A stretch of 64,000 nucleotides of DNA from Klebsormidium nitens (Eukaryota; Plantae; Klebsormidiophyceae): positions 357,728 through 421,727 of the forward strand of contig DF236959.1 of NCBI GenBank assembly GCA_000708835.1, written 5' to 3'. The translations under genes and the position numbers were made by a program. Shown piece after piece: positions 39,301 to 50,503 of the stretch. Below the pieces are notes generated by a model. The model saw only the letters and a program-made list of their open reading frames with translations. It was not told the origin of the DNA and ran no database searches. Within the stretch, counting starts at the first letter, position 1; each line of letters opens with the position of its first letter.

Positions 39301-42300
39301 AATGTCTTACACTTAGAATGAGGGCTAAGGGCGGTGACAGCTGGTCAACAAGCTTCATCAAAAGTTGAGTAAGGTTGAGAAGACACCGTGGATAAGCCTA
39401 AAGAGGCAAAGGTCATTTTAAACCTCACAACCAACCAAAGAGAACATGTTGCAACCAAGTGAAAGACGACATGCGCAGCTTACCTGTCTCGTGCTGCGCA
39501 GCCGTCTCTTCGTCCACGGACGCGATGGCATTGCCGTCGGTTCCGGTTCCGTTCCGCGCTTGTTGCTCCTGGAGCGCGTCGACCGGCACCTTGACGCTCT
39601 TGAGCGAGTCGTTGTCGTGACCGACACGTGCCTTCTCCTTCTCGTCGAGGACGTCCTCGGGGATAATGGCCTGGGGCTTGCCGATGGCTGTAGAAGCGAT
39701 AGAAAAGGTCTCATAAGACCTTAAATTCCACAATCAGACGCAAGAGCCTGCTGAGTGACTGAAAAGTGGCTGGGGTGTAGAGAAGAGAGCTCGCTTGGAG
39801 CCGATTCTCAGCGGTTGCGTTCACGTGATGCCAAGGACAAAAATGGCGAGAACCAGCTAAGTTTACTACATGTGGACAGGGCGTCAGGATCATAGCACTG
39901 CACGTCTTCGTCTCAAAAAGAAGCAGAGAACTTACGCGGGAGTAGTCCATCGCGGCTTTGATGAGCCGGTAAAAATTGCTGACGTAACCCAAGACGACGC
40001 CGACGCTGAAATACACCCACCAGTGCTCATGAACGCACAGGGCATTAGAGCTCCCTAAACCTTCATTTAATACGAAAGCAGAAAGCAGCAAACTCACGTG
40101 GGAAGTAGTCGAGCGCGGCGTTGATGAGGAGGTTGAAGATGACGGCGTATCCGACCATGACGCCGACGCTGACCCACACCCACCAGTGCTGGTGGAACAG
40201 GCCGCGTGACGTCAGGATGATGGACCCCAGCGTCTCGTTGGTGCCCGGCGCGAGCTTCTGCCAGCGGGGCGCACTGAACTCGTTGATGGCCATGCCCTGC
40301 TGCACGTAGCTCAGCGGCGAGATCCAGAAGCCCCAGATCCACCACGGGTGGATTTGCGCTGCACAAGAGGTTCGGAGTGTCAGTAAGTCGAAGCATCTGT
40401 AATCCTATTTTCACAGGAGTTCTCTTCGGATGTGCGCGGCCCAAGAGGTTCGGAGATCACCAACACGTGCGTCAGATTGCAAGCGCACTGGTGGCATCCT
40501 AGTCCTCGCCAATCTGGTTTTTGGCCGGACCGTAGCGTATTTCCAACATCTGGTTCATAATTTGTATCTACGAGTCAAAAAAGCTTCAAGACCATCTAAA
40601 CGTTTGGAACCAATCAGTGTACAACTTGGCGCTCACGCTTGGCGATGATGAAGCCTCCGAGCAAGAGGATGCAGAATGCCAAAAAGACCTGTTCAAGCAG
40701 CATGCTCGGAACTGAACTCAGAAAGGTTTCAAATACTGATTTCACCATATGAGCGGGGGACAACATAAACGAACTTGGCACTCACGCTTGGCGATGATGA
40801 AGCCTCCGAGCAGGAAGATGCAGAGGAGTGCGAAGGAGCCGGCTGTGTTGGCGATGGTCATGGTGCGCGCCAGGACACCAACCAGACGGAAGAGGCCCAC
40901 CCCCATCTGGTGCAGCGCGAGCAGGATCAAGATGTAAATGAAGAACCTGGGGAAGCGACGTGGCAAAGATCGTTAGTTTGATTCCAGTCACAAGGTCAGC
41001 TATGGGTCGGTTATTGTGAGGCTCCGTTCCTCAAAATGGGGATGTATTTAAGAAACTGAGATTGACACGTACTTGGAAGTCAGATCGTAACCTTCCTAGT
41101 CAAATCAGATGGTCAGCGGATCCCTAATCTACTCAAGTGTTTGAACCATGTATTGCTCTTGATCGTCGAAAAGAAGATATCCTCAGATGAGTCGTGCGCT
41201 CAGCGGACGATAAGGATCCCACCAGAACGCCCTGATGGCTGTCTGGGGAAGTGTGAGGCCAAATGAAGAATGCTGTAGGAAGTACCTCTGCGGCTCCATA
41301 GCGAAGAATTTAGATTCGAAGCTTCTCTTCAGATTCCGTACGAGGCTCAAGCAGAAGAAGACTCGAGAATCCGGTTTGGACGTACTCAACCCATTTTCAC
41401 AGAGTGGACTCATTCCCACACGTACTCCGGACACCTCTACGAACATCCTTTTCTTCCGTCTCGACTCACCTGCCAGCGTCCGGCGCCAGTCCGACAATAT
41501 AGTAGGTGAGCGCGGTCCAGATGAGCACTTCGACGAGGGTATAGGGCAGGCGGGTGATGATGGCGGGCAGGTTGAAGGCCCACCCAGGGTAGAACTGGTC
41601 CTCGCGCTGCTTGAAGAAGATGGGCAGCCGTTGCACCTGCGGGGTGGATGGATCGTAGCCAATACCGCTGACGAAGAGGAGAAAGCGAGGAGAGGAAGAA
41701 AAATCAAGGAACCAAGATCTTAAGACAGAGGGGATTTGTTTTGTGTAAATGGGTCTTAACGATTTTGCTGTAAGCAGAACAAAGTTGACCCTTTTCAACA
41801 AAGTCCTATGCCGTACTTTCGGTGATACACGCTGGTGGTACGCTACCAATCGTTTCGAGAGGTACCAGAAGGTCTGTGTTAATCAAGCGAGGAGTCGAGA
41901 AGGAAGAACCTCAGATCCAATTCCGTGCGTTAATTTAGCCCCTGATTGACAGAGGCGGGTATTCTTTGGCTGCTTCAAATTCGGGCTCTAGGGACATCCA
42001 ACAGCCGCCTAGACATTGAAAAGGGGATGCCGTAAAAAAGAGAGACCAGAAAGGGCTCCGGGTATACAAAGAACGGGCCCCATGCTCACCGTGAGCGACA
42101 TTTCTGCGTAGCTGTTGAACATGATGTGCACGAGCGAGAAGAAGATCATGGACAGGTACAGCGAGCCGTCCTGGATGTTGTCGGGGTTCAGCGTGGTGCG
42201 GAAGAACACCGTCGCCGTCATGAACGCCATCACGGCCACCTGTGAACAGGAGTTACTTCAGATTGTGTAGACCATGCGTTTGTGATGCATTACAGACATA

Positions 42301-45300
42301 AAAAAATCCTCTGATGAAGCCATCCAGAAAGCGCATGTCCGGTCACATGCAAACCTGAGGATCTCCAAATGAGCGGTTCGGGTTACTTCTGTACTTTCAA
42401 CACGCAGATGAAGTGGAATCCGTATCTCTATCAGAATTTCTCAGAGATAACATATTGTAAGTTTCCTTTGGAACTCAGACGAAGCGGTACCCAGAGCCGA
42501 TCTCAAACACCAAATATGCCGGCAAACTCAGTCCCAGAACCCGCCTACAAACCGACCTGGACCGTCTCGAAAACGTGCAAAAACATGGTCTGCGGCAGAA
42601 GCGTCTACTCGCTGTCCAGGCACGCCTTGATCAGATTGCCACGAGAACTGAATACCAAACCGACGCGCAACCCAAATCTCAACCGGCCCACGAAACCCAC
42701 CTGGAACGTCTTGAAGATGTACAGAAACTTGGTCCGCCGCATAAGCGTCCACTCGCGGTCCAGGCACGCCTTGAAGATCTCGTACTGCGGCGCGCCGTAC
42801 TTCGTCTTCGCGAGGGCGTCCGACGGAATTTCCGACTTTTCCGGCGGAACGGACAGCTCCTTGCGGATCGCCTGGCCCACCTCAAAGTCGTTGAACGCGG
42901 CCGCGAAGACGGAGACGGGGACGTACTTGTAGGGCACGTCGCGGGACCAGTATTGCTGCATATGAAGTGAAGCAAGAAATGAGAGGCTGCGACTCTCTCT
43001 CCAATGACTTCGAAGCCGACCATTTGAAACCAACTATTTGCACAAAAGAGGAGCAGATGGTGCATTTGATGCTGATTCGATGCTGAGAAAACTGCCAAGA
43101 AGGTGAAAAAAACGCGCTACATGACACGGGTGATTGTCTGGAAGCAGTCCTTGGAATCTCTCGGCCGCCACTCAGACGACCCAGCGCCAAACCGTATATA
43201 AAGCAAATCATATGGTGCAACGAACCAACAAAAGCGCGTTCATTCTCCTCAACCAGCAGCACTAGGGATCAACCTAAAGAACCACGAACCTTCATTTGAT
43301 ATAGACTGCTACTCAAGGAACTTCAAAAATCGTAACAAGATTATGTAATGCACATATTCTTCCAGGAGTGATTTGAGACCCACCTCCTGATCCTTGCGCG
43401 ATGTGACCTCCTGCAGAAAGTCCGCGATGCCCTTGCGTGGCGGGCACTTGAACCCCTGCGTCTCGAAGAACGCCAGGATGTGCTCCCGGGGGCCCTGGTA
43501 GATGACGTGGCCCTCCGACAGCAGCACGACGTCATCAAACAGCTCGAACGTCTCGGGGGCGGGCTGGAGGAGTGACGTCATTACGGTGGACTGCGTGCAA
43601 AGAGGAGATGTGTGAGAACGGGGGGTAAATCCAACCAATAGGAGGGCAGTTGAAATGTTTCAAGACCTCCTAGGATTTCTGGCGCTTTTTCAGAGGCAGT
43701 CAACCAGCAAAAATCAGGCAATCCAATACGGAGCCCGACTCTTGTTACCGACCATCTCTTTGCTTGCTAGAAGATCCAAACGGGTGTTTCTTTTACACCA
43801 GATAGAACCGCTTGTATCGACTTGCTCTGACAAAGACTCGGATACGAAATGCTTGCTGCCAGCACCTTTTCGCTTTTGATTTTGTACTCGCTTTCATAAG
43901 GTTTTCGAGACACTTGGTGAGTGAGTCTTGGGAGTGCCCCGCTCACGTCTGTGAAGTGGCAGATGTTGCGCAGGCAGTTCACAATCTGGTAGGTGGTCGA
44001 GCTGTCCAGTCCGGTGGAGATCTCGTCCAACAGCTGCGCACACAAGAAAAACGAAATCCTTAGCATTGTTCAATAACGAGCCAACTCCCCCTGGAAGCAT
44101 TCCTTTGGACGAGACACCAACGGTAAGCTTAGAGGTTTGACTGCTCATGACGTGTGGATGAAATTGATGGAGGGGACCAGGCCAAAGCAATCGGTGCTCT
44201 CTGTTTGTGTAGGATGATATCCGTTATGCGAAGCGAACGGAAATGAAACGGACACTTCCGAAGGATCTCAGGAACTCACCAGCACCTTCTTGAGGCCCAC
44301 GAGCAACTCGCCTGCAAGCGTAAAGGTAATGTCAGAACCAGCTTTCTCAAGGGTTAAAAGAGGGGTTAGTTTCACGGGCTTGAAACTTGTCTACTCGTTT
44401 ACTTCGCAACGCCTTCCCGCTTTTACTGCAATCTCGAGCACAGACGTTAGTTCAGAGCGCATCACTATCGGGATGCACTCGCAGCGGGTTCGTTACTGAG
44501 CGGCTTCGAGCTCCGCCCCTTCTTTTAATGCTAGCTACCTCCAATCGACCTCAACAACAAGCCACAGTATTGCGCTACGATGAAGTACTTTGCCACACGT
44601 ACACCAGTTCCACCTCTTACTGCACCTCCGTCTTAACAACGCTTCTCCTCATGAGGTGGTCAGCGTCTTACCTGTAGTGACCCGTTTGCGCTGCCCACCC
44701 GACACGCCCCGAATCAGCTGGTTACCGACTAGAGTGTCCGCACAGATGTCGAGTCCCAGGATCTTCATGACGTAATCAGTCACCAGGTTTTCCTTCTGGT
44801 TCCCAAGAGAAATGGCCTTCATGAACGCGTCGATGTCAGGATCCGGGACGACGCCATTCTGGACCTCACGCCTCCCCAGCTCCCGGATGAGATCTGGAAT
44901 CAAGAATTATTGCATGCTATGAGAGCACGTCCGTAGAAGAATACACTGTTCCTGAGAGAAAAGTTGCACCAGTTCAGCTCGAAATGAGCATTACTATGTC
45001 TCACCAGAAAAAAAAAGACTTTAGATCGTCGAAAACCGCAAGAAGACACAAGTGAAGACCTTCGCTCAGAGCTGCGGGCATCTGATCTCCGCGTCACACC
45101 AAACAAGCCCGTTTCTGAAGAAAATGTCGCAGAGACTCACCTTGGTTCGCTCCCACTCCCTGGCACCGCGCACCAAAGTCCAGCGTCTCACGCACTGTCA
45201 ACTCTCCCATGTGCAGATCCACCTGGGGCACGTACGTGACTGTCCGCTTCGGGTAGAACTCCCTAGCAGAGTGCCCGTTATACGAGATGCTTCCGGTCAC

Positions 45301-46897
45301 CTTAAGATTGGAGTCCAGTCTCTGAGCAAGAGCCAGGAGGAGGGTGCTCTTGCCGCAGCCAGGGGGACCGAGCAACAGAGTGAGCCGGCCCTGCAGAGGA
45401 GGGAGGGCGGAGAAAGGATGAGACGGTTTCTGTCATTCTCAGGGCTCTCTCAGTTTGATTGGATTGAATAGGAATGGAGGCGGGAAGTTCACAGATTGCT
45501 TTTGGTGTAAAGGAAGCCTGCCAGAAGCAAGAAAAGCTGAAGCAGACAACCTTGAAGAACTCGCAGTGAGTTTTTTTTTCACAACTTTTTGCACCACACA
45601 CTTGCTCATGATACTTGTCAGACCACAACATCAGGAGCATGACTCAAACTCCTGATGATTGCTGACATGCCTTCCAATGATTGAGATTGCTTATGCTTGT
45701 ACTAATGCTACTAATGATGATGGACAAGCTCATTCTTAATTGGAACCAACGAGCTAGACAGGAGACTCACTGGCTTCAACACGCCTGATACATCACGCAG
45801 GATCTGAAACCGCCGACGGGTATCCTTCGTCAGACGGAGTGTCCTGAATATTGACTCCATGCTGTTGCGGGCGGCGTTTAGCAGGTTGGGGAGAGCACGG
45901 CTGCCAACGTAGACGCCCGCCTCGATTGTGAGATTCTCGTATCTGATCTCCACCTTTGGCTGAGTGACGCCAACTCTGAGGAAGGAGGAAAATGTGGTAA
46001 GACGGGACTGACCAATGCAGACAAAATGATGTTGTCTTTCAGTGAGAGAGCCACTGATTGTTGCCCTGATAGCGATTGATTTGAAGGAAACTCAAGGACA
46101 GATTCTACTGGTGTAAAATGGAGATTTCAGCAGACGTGCTAATAAGTCATTCAAAGATTGCTAGCTACAGGGTAGAAAGACAGGAAAGATGGGGCAGTGC
46201 ATAGAATTCCAAGTAAGACCTGAATGAGAAAATTCAAGATCCAAAACTGTGCCGGGGATGCACAAGCAAAAGCCAGAACTGTATACCATACCAAGATGAG
46301 TAAAAGTGGATCAAAGCATTGTCTGAAACAACTGCTTTAACAAAACCTTCACATCCAAGACGACGATGAAGAATACATGCAAGCCTTCTGATGCAACTGT
46401 CAAGCCCTTCATATAGTCCCACCATATAAAACAAGCTGAAATGAAAGCCTCAGCTCCTGCCTCTTCATCAGATTGCAGCAGTAATCGTATCCGCCTCTGT
46501 TGTCTGCTGCTTCATTGAAGATTTGGCACCAACTCAAATCTCACCTGTCCAGTCTCGAGCGGTACTTCTGATAGTAGGCCCCGTTGTCCTGGTCTGTGGT
46601 CGCCAAGGCCCTCTTCACAACCTGCTCCCTCTCCTTCCTGCCTAGATTGTGCACCTCAAATGTCACCACCTGGTCGCCAGCAGGGCCCTTCACCTGGTCA
46701 TCTGGCAGGAGCGCAGTCTCAGCCCTGAGGTGCGAGGAGAGCTGCTCCAACTTCTTCCTCCTCAGTTCGGTGAGTCCCAGGCCCCCCTCCTCAAGTGCCA
46801 CCTCATGCATGACCTCTTGACCAACACTGACAGGATGTGAGTCCATGTGGCCAGTTTCTTCTCTTGAACCAGGGACGCCCTGGTCATCTACCTCCAT
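33343..46897 (-). CDS. Full-size ABCG (PDR-type) transporter, 23 exons, 1546 aa
   Basis: Exons 46897-46545, 45975-45771, 45390-45141, 44893-44672, 44311-44280, 44033-43947, 43590-43384, 42955-42701, 42239-42090, 41636-41470, 40946-40786, 40358-40098, 39687-39484, 39286-38973, 38466-38316, 37873-37692, 37230-36903, 36537-36357, 35837-35610, 35147-34888, 34457-34291, 33998-33961 and 33580-33343 sum to 4641 nt. Motifs: [60 protein letters not shown] and the C-terminal LNYQKR*. The start codon is tentative. Confidence 0.95.
34520..34580 (-). repeat. Echo of the ABCG exon 21 acceptor plus exon start; acceptor CAG changed to CGG
   Basis: gccttgcgg|TCAAGTTCTTCAAATACACAATG versus gccttgcag|TCAAGTTCTTCGAGTACACGACG. 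Offset 107 bp. Confidence 0.88.
35946..35976 (-). repeat. Echo of the ABCG exon 19 acceptor plus exon start
   Basis: gcttcccag|GCGCAACAAGGAGCTGATCGTAA versus gctttctcag|GCGTAACGAGGAGCTGATCGGTAA. Offset 131 bp. Confidence 0.85.
38915..38935 (-). repeat. Short echo of the ABCG exon 14 donor
   Basis: TTTCCAAG|GTCGGGATCAGA versus TGCCCAAG|GTGGGTTCAGA. Offset about 47 bp. Confidence 0.55.
39931..40045 (-). repeat. Echo of the ABCG exon 12 3' end plus donor
   Basis: Translates [32 protein letters not shown]|gtaagt versus [32 protein letters not shown]|gtgagt. Offset 162 bp. Confidence 0.9.
40428..40455 (-). repeat. Echo of the ABCG exon 12 acceptor; CAG changed to CCG
   Basis: Plus strand ggatgtgcgcggcccaagaggttcggag versus ggatttgcgctgcacaagaggttcggag. 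Offset 78 bp. Confidence 0.8.
40623..40690 (-). repeat. Echo of the ABCG exon 11 3' end plus donor
   Basis: A near-identical aacttggc(g/a)ctcacgcttggcgatgatgaagcctccgagca occurs in both copies. Offset 149 bp. Confidence 0.93.
42541..42630 (-). repeat. Echo of the ABCG exon 8 3' end plus donor
   Basis: TCAAGGCGTGCCTGGACAGCGAGTAGACGCTT...CCAG|GTCGGT versus TCAAGGCGTGCCTGGACCGCGAGTGGACGCTT...CCAG|GTGGGT. Offset 144 bp. Confidence 0.92.
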
Positions 46898-47886
46898 CAG
46901 GAGGCGATTTACCTTGTCAAGGAAGAGTCGCTGAAACAATTTGCTGCTGATATCAATTCACGGCGTAGGTACAAATCACGGAGCAGGCGCGGAAGTGAGA
47001 CAGGATGGGCCCCCTGGATCGGTTGGTATGCTGTTATATTTCGCTTACAAAGACTGCACCTTCGTGTGCGGCTTCCTTTGCACGATACCTACGCCCTCTT
47101 CGAACTTCTCAGGCTGGCCTTTACAAGAAGCCTGCAAACCCCAGAAATAGAATGCTGAATTGCATGCGCGCCAGCCTGCCAGCCGCAGCTAGCCTAGCTG
47201 ACTTGGGCGGCACATTCTGCAAACACATGATTCGCTGAGGAGGGCATGACATAAGCAGTCCGCAAACTAAGTTCGTTAGCATGCTTTGTAGGCACATGTT
47301 TTTGCCTAAACCCAGGGCATTTTTAAAGAAACCTCTAGCCACATGAAAATAACCCAGAACTTAACCCAGATTGGGCGCTGAGCTCCTGCAAACGTCATAC
47401 GCTCGTCAGCACAACGGTCAGGTGGCGCATCGTGGCGGTCTCAGAATGAACCTGCGATCTGAGTATCCCGAGAAGAACTTTCGGACGTATCTGCGCCGTC
47501 AAAAATGCCACCTCGACACACCGCAGATTGCTCAGACGCGTCAGGTCGACGTCAGGGATCCCGCAACCAAACCCTCGAACCCGGCTGTGCGGCCGCGGAC
47601 GCCGCTTTGAGGCCGCCCGACCCGGCTCCGCGCGGCCGGCCGCCCGGCAGCCCCGCGGAGACGCGAGCGTGAGCGCGCACTTATGGTGGTATGTAAGCAC
47701 AGCTAGCTGCTGCCACTCGCGCAAGATGCACAAAACTTGTGAACTCCTTTCGAAAGTTCGGACGCGGACGGTTCCTGTCGCCGGTCAGGTCGACAAAGCT
47801 TGCGACCCGTATTTGTCATCGTCCTGCCAACCGGGTGGTCCTAACCACACTAAAATCCTAGGAATAAGTGCTCAGCCGATAGTGGC

Positions 47887-47998
47887 AACCCTAATCTGAG
47901 AGCAGTCACAAGGAAGGGACGTGACCCAAATTAAACAAACCGTCACAGAAAGTGGCGTAACCCTAACACACCATCAGTACTTTGTGACTTAACCCTAA
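47887..47998. promoter_or_regulatory. Three aaccctaa (telo-box-like) motifs in the divergent ABCG/mS38 intergenic region
   Basis: Motifs at 47887, 47959 and 47991, 370-480 bp upstream of the mS38 ATG. Regulatory function is inferred only. Confidence 0.4.
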
Positions 47999-48366
47999 TG
48001 TCACAGAGAGTGCCCGGCTACTCTGCCGGGTACCGTACTCGTATTCAACGGTGCATACCGTCCGCCATTACCAATCCGCGCCGGTACTCCCCAAAACACT
48101 GGACAAAGACCGTCCGCGTCCCAACTTTCGAAAGGAGTTTTCAAGTTTTGTTAAATTTTGTACGTTTTGCGCCACTGGCGCGCCATGGCGTGAAACTCCC
48201 ACTTGAAACTTGAAAGAGAGAGACCTGGAAAGCTGACCCGGCGCAGGGGTCTTTGTTTCTTCTTCCCCTCTGTCTGCGTGCACCGGACCATATTGCAAGC
48301 TCTCTCTGCCTCTGATGTGGTGTTTCTAGGAAATGCTGAGACGGGCACGTTTTAGATGCTAAGCAC

Positions 48367-50503
48367 ATGGCGCAGAGGCATGCATTGTCAAAGCTTCGGA
48401 AACCACCGTTGCTTACCTTCCTAACTCTCCTTCCTAAAAGCGCCATTTCCGTACGAGATCCTTTGCAAGCTTTAGCAGAACAATGTTATCAGTCCCTGGC
48501 ACGAAATGGCGAGGCGGCAGAAAAGCAAGTGTTGGCTCCAAGCAATTCTCATTCAGCCTCATGGCGGCCTTGGGCGGATTCGTCACACGGAGGTCAGTTG
48601 TTATTGATGGACTTTCAAAATATTCGTCAATCTGCTCATCAAAAGGTGTACTTGGGGTGCCGGAGAGATTACTGGGTTGCTCTACGAAATAGATTATAGG
48701 GTGGTGTAAAATGCAGAGTTTCTCAGAGTTGTGTGGCTGGTCTGCTAGCGACCTTGCTGATTCGGTTATTCTGCTTTTGCCCCTTTTTTGTCAGCAATTA
48801 CCACTTCTGTGATCGCCTGGAGTCTTTTCCCTCTGTAGTGCACATGGATGTGTTACCACTTCCGCCATGTGTGTCGGCTTCATTGAAACTGGGCACAAAC
48901 AAGTCACCAGTCAGCATTGTTGGTTGAAATCTTCATGCTTGAATTGGTATTTGGTGGTGATCTGCTCCGTCTTAGACCGTCCTGCGGTCTCAAGGACAAA
49001 TGCAGTACGCCAAAAAGAAGGCGAAGCAGAAGCTGAAACGTTTTCTTATCTCCTTTGACGACCTGCAGGTGATGTTGGGAGCTCATCGGGCATTGCCTGT
49101 GATGGGGGACTAGATTGGCGGCTTTCTGAAGAGCAGGTGGAGCGGATACGACTATTGCGGAGCTTGAGGGGGCTTTTAGGGGAAGCGACCTTTGAGAAGC
49201 TGCAATTTCCGGCGCCCCAGGCCCAGATCCCTTTGAAGGCAGACAGCGTCAAGCGGAAACGGGTAAGTCAATGATAAAACTTCACACAGATCAGTGTCTG
49301 CTGCAGTTGAGACCTTCTTTCAATCTTCCATTCTTGTTTCTTTCTTCAGACTAGTTAAGTGGCATTTGGATGCGTAACATATCAGCGTGGGGAGGACAGA
49401 TCAACGCAACACTTGATTCGAAATGGAGGCTATGACCCGTCCTTTGCATGCTTTCCTGGCGCTGGGGTTGACACTAAGCAAAGGGTTGATGTGTACAGTA
49501 AGGTTCCAACACAGAGCAGCCTTTATGTTTTGCTTATCCGTCAACGTCAAGGTGTCCACTCAACTCTACCTGTCTCTCAAGCCAACAACTCTTTCACCCA
49601 TTCAGTGCACTTCTAGCTGGGTTCAGTCAAATCAAATCGGAGTGCGGTCCCTTCTTTGGACCGGGCACCTTCCTGATCAAGCCGCAAGGGGTCCGACTGA
49701 CAAATTCTACGTATGGACAGATGCGTAGACACCAAAAGACTTGTCAGTGGAGACCCGTGAACTGCTGCAGCTGAAGTTTCGGCTCTGCATTTTCTGGTTC
49801 CATCGTCAAATCATTCAACGACAGCGGATGTTATACTGCCGCTGGCTTTTGGAATATCTTAGCTGACTGGTCAGCAGTTTGGGACCAGTGAATCTGCTGT
49901 CCAGAGGCGTACATAGGTGGACTGATGGGGCTGTGCGTGATCAGTGAGACCGCCATTTCAGTTGTCCAAAACCACTTCGGCTTGTACAAACTCAAATTGT
50001 GCGTCTGGGACAGTACTGCTGGTAATTGCACTAGATCTGGTGTACTTATCTTGAGCTTCTAATGTTTCTGGACTGAGATTGTCCATGTTGTCAGACCTCT
50101 TGGTCGGTTAAGCGGGTACTTGTCAGCCTAGCGAGACAAAGACACCGTCCACCCGCCAAACAACCGGCAATGTGGATGACCCAGAATCTTTTCAGCATTT
50201 TGTTCCCGTAATCGTGAAGACTTGACTAAAAGTCAAAGGAAGCCTCTGTGAAGAAATGACCCGACCATAAACGTGGATTGTAAACGTCGTGCCTGCGTAG
50301 GCGTCTGGTACTGCGCGCACTTTCGTCAGATGTGATCCAGTTTGGGGGACCATCCCCGATTTCTTGCTCGTCTGTATCCAATCATGTCTTCGTTTGCTAC
50401 CGTTAACGATGTTATTGCTTGTGTGCAGAGGAAAAAGATGAACAAGCATAAGCAACGGAAGTTGCGAAGACGGGAGCGTAACAAAGCTTCAGGCGGCAAG
50501 TAG
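48367..50503 (+). CDS. Mitochondrial small-subunit ribosomal protein mS38 (Cox24 C-terminal / DUF1713 family), 3 exons, 164 aa
   Basis: Exons 48367-48592, 49069-49262 and 50429-50503 sum to 495 nt. Splicing creates the hallmark DSVKRKR|RKKMNKHKQRKLRRRER, and the N-terminus resembles a basic presequence. The ORF track misses this gene. Confidence 0.85.

Noticed and set aside
49917-50021. Open exon-like segment (GGLMGLCVISETAISVVQ...) inside mS38 intron 2
   Set aside because: It is phase 1-1 while the intron is phase 0, and inclusion would break the KRKR|RKK motif.
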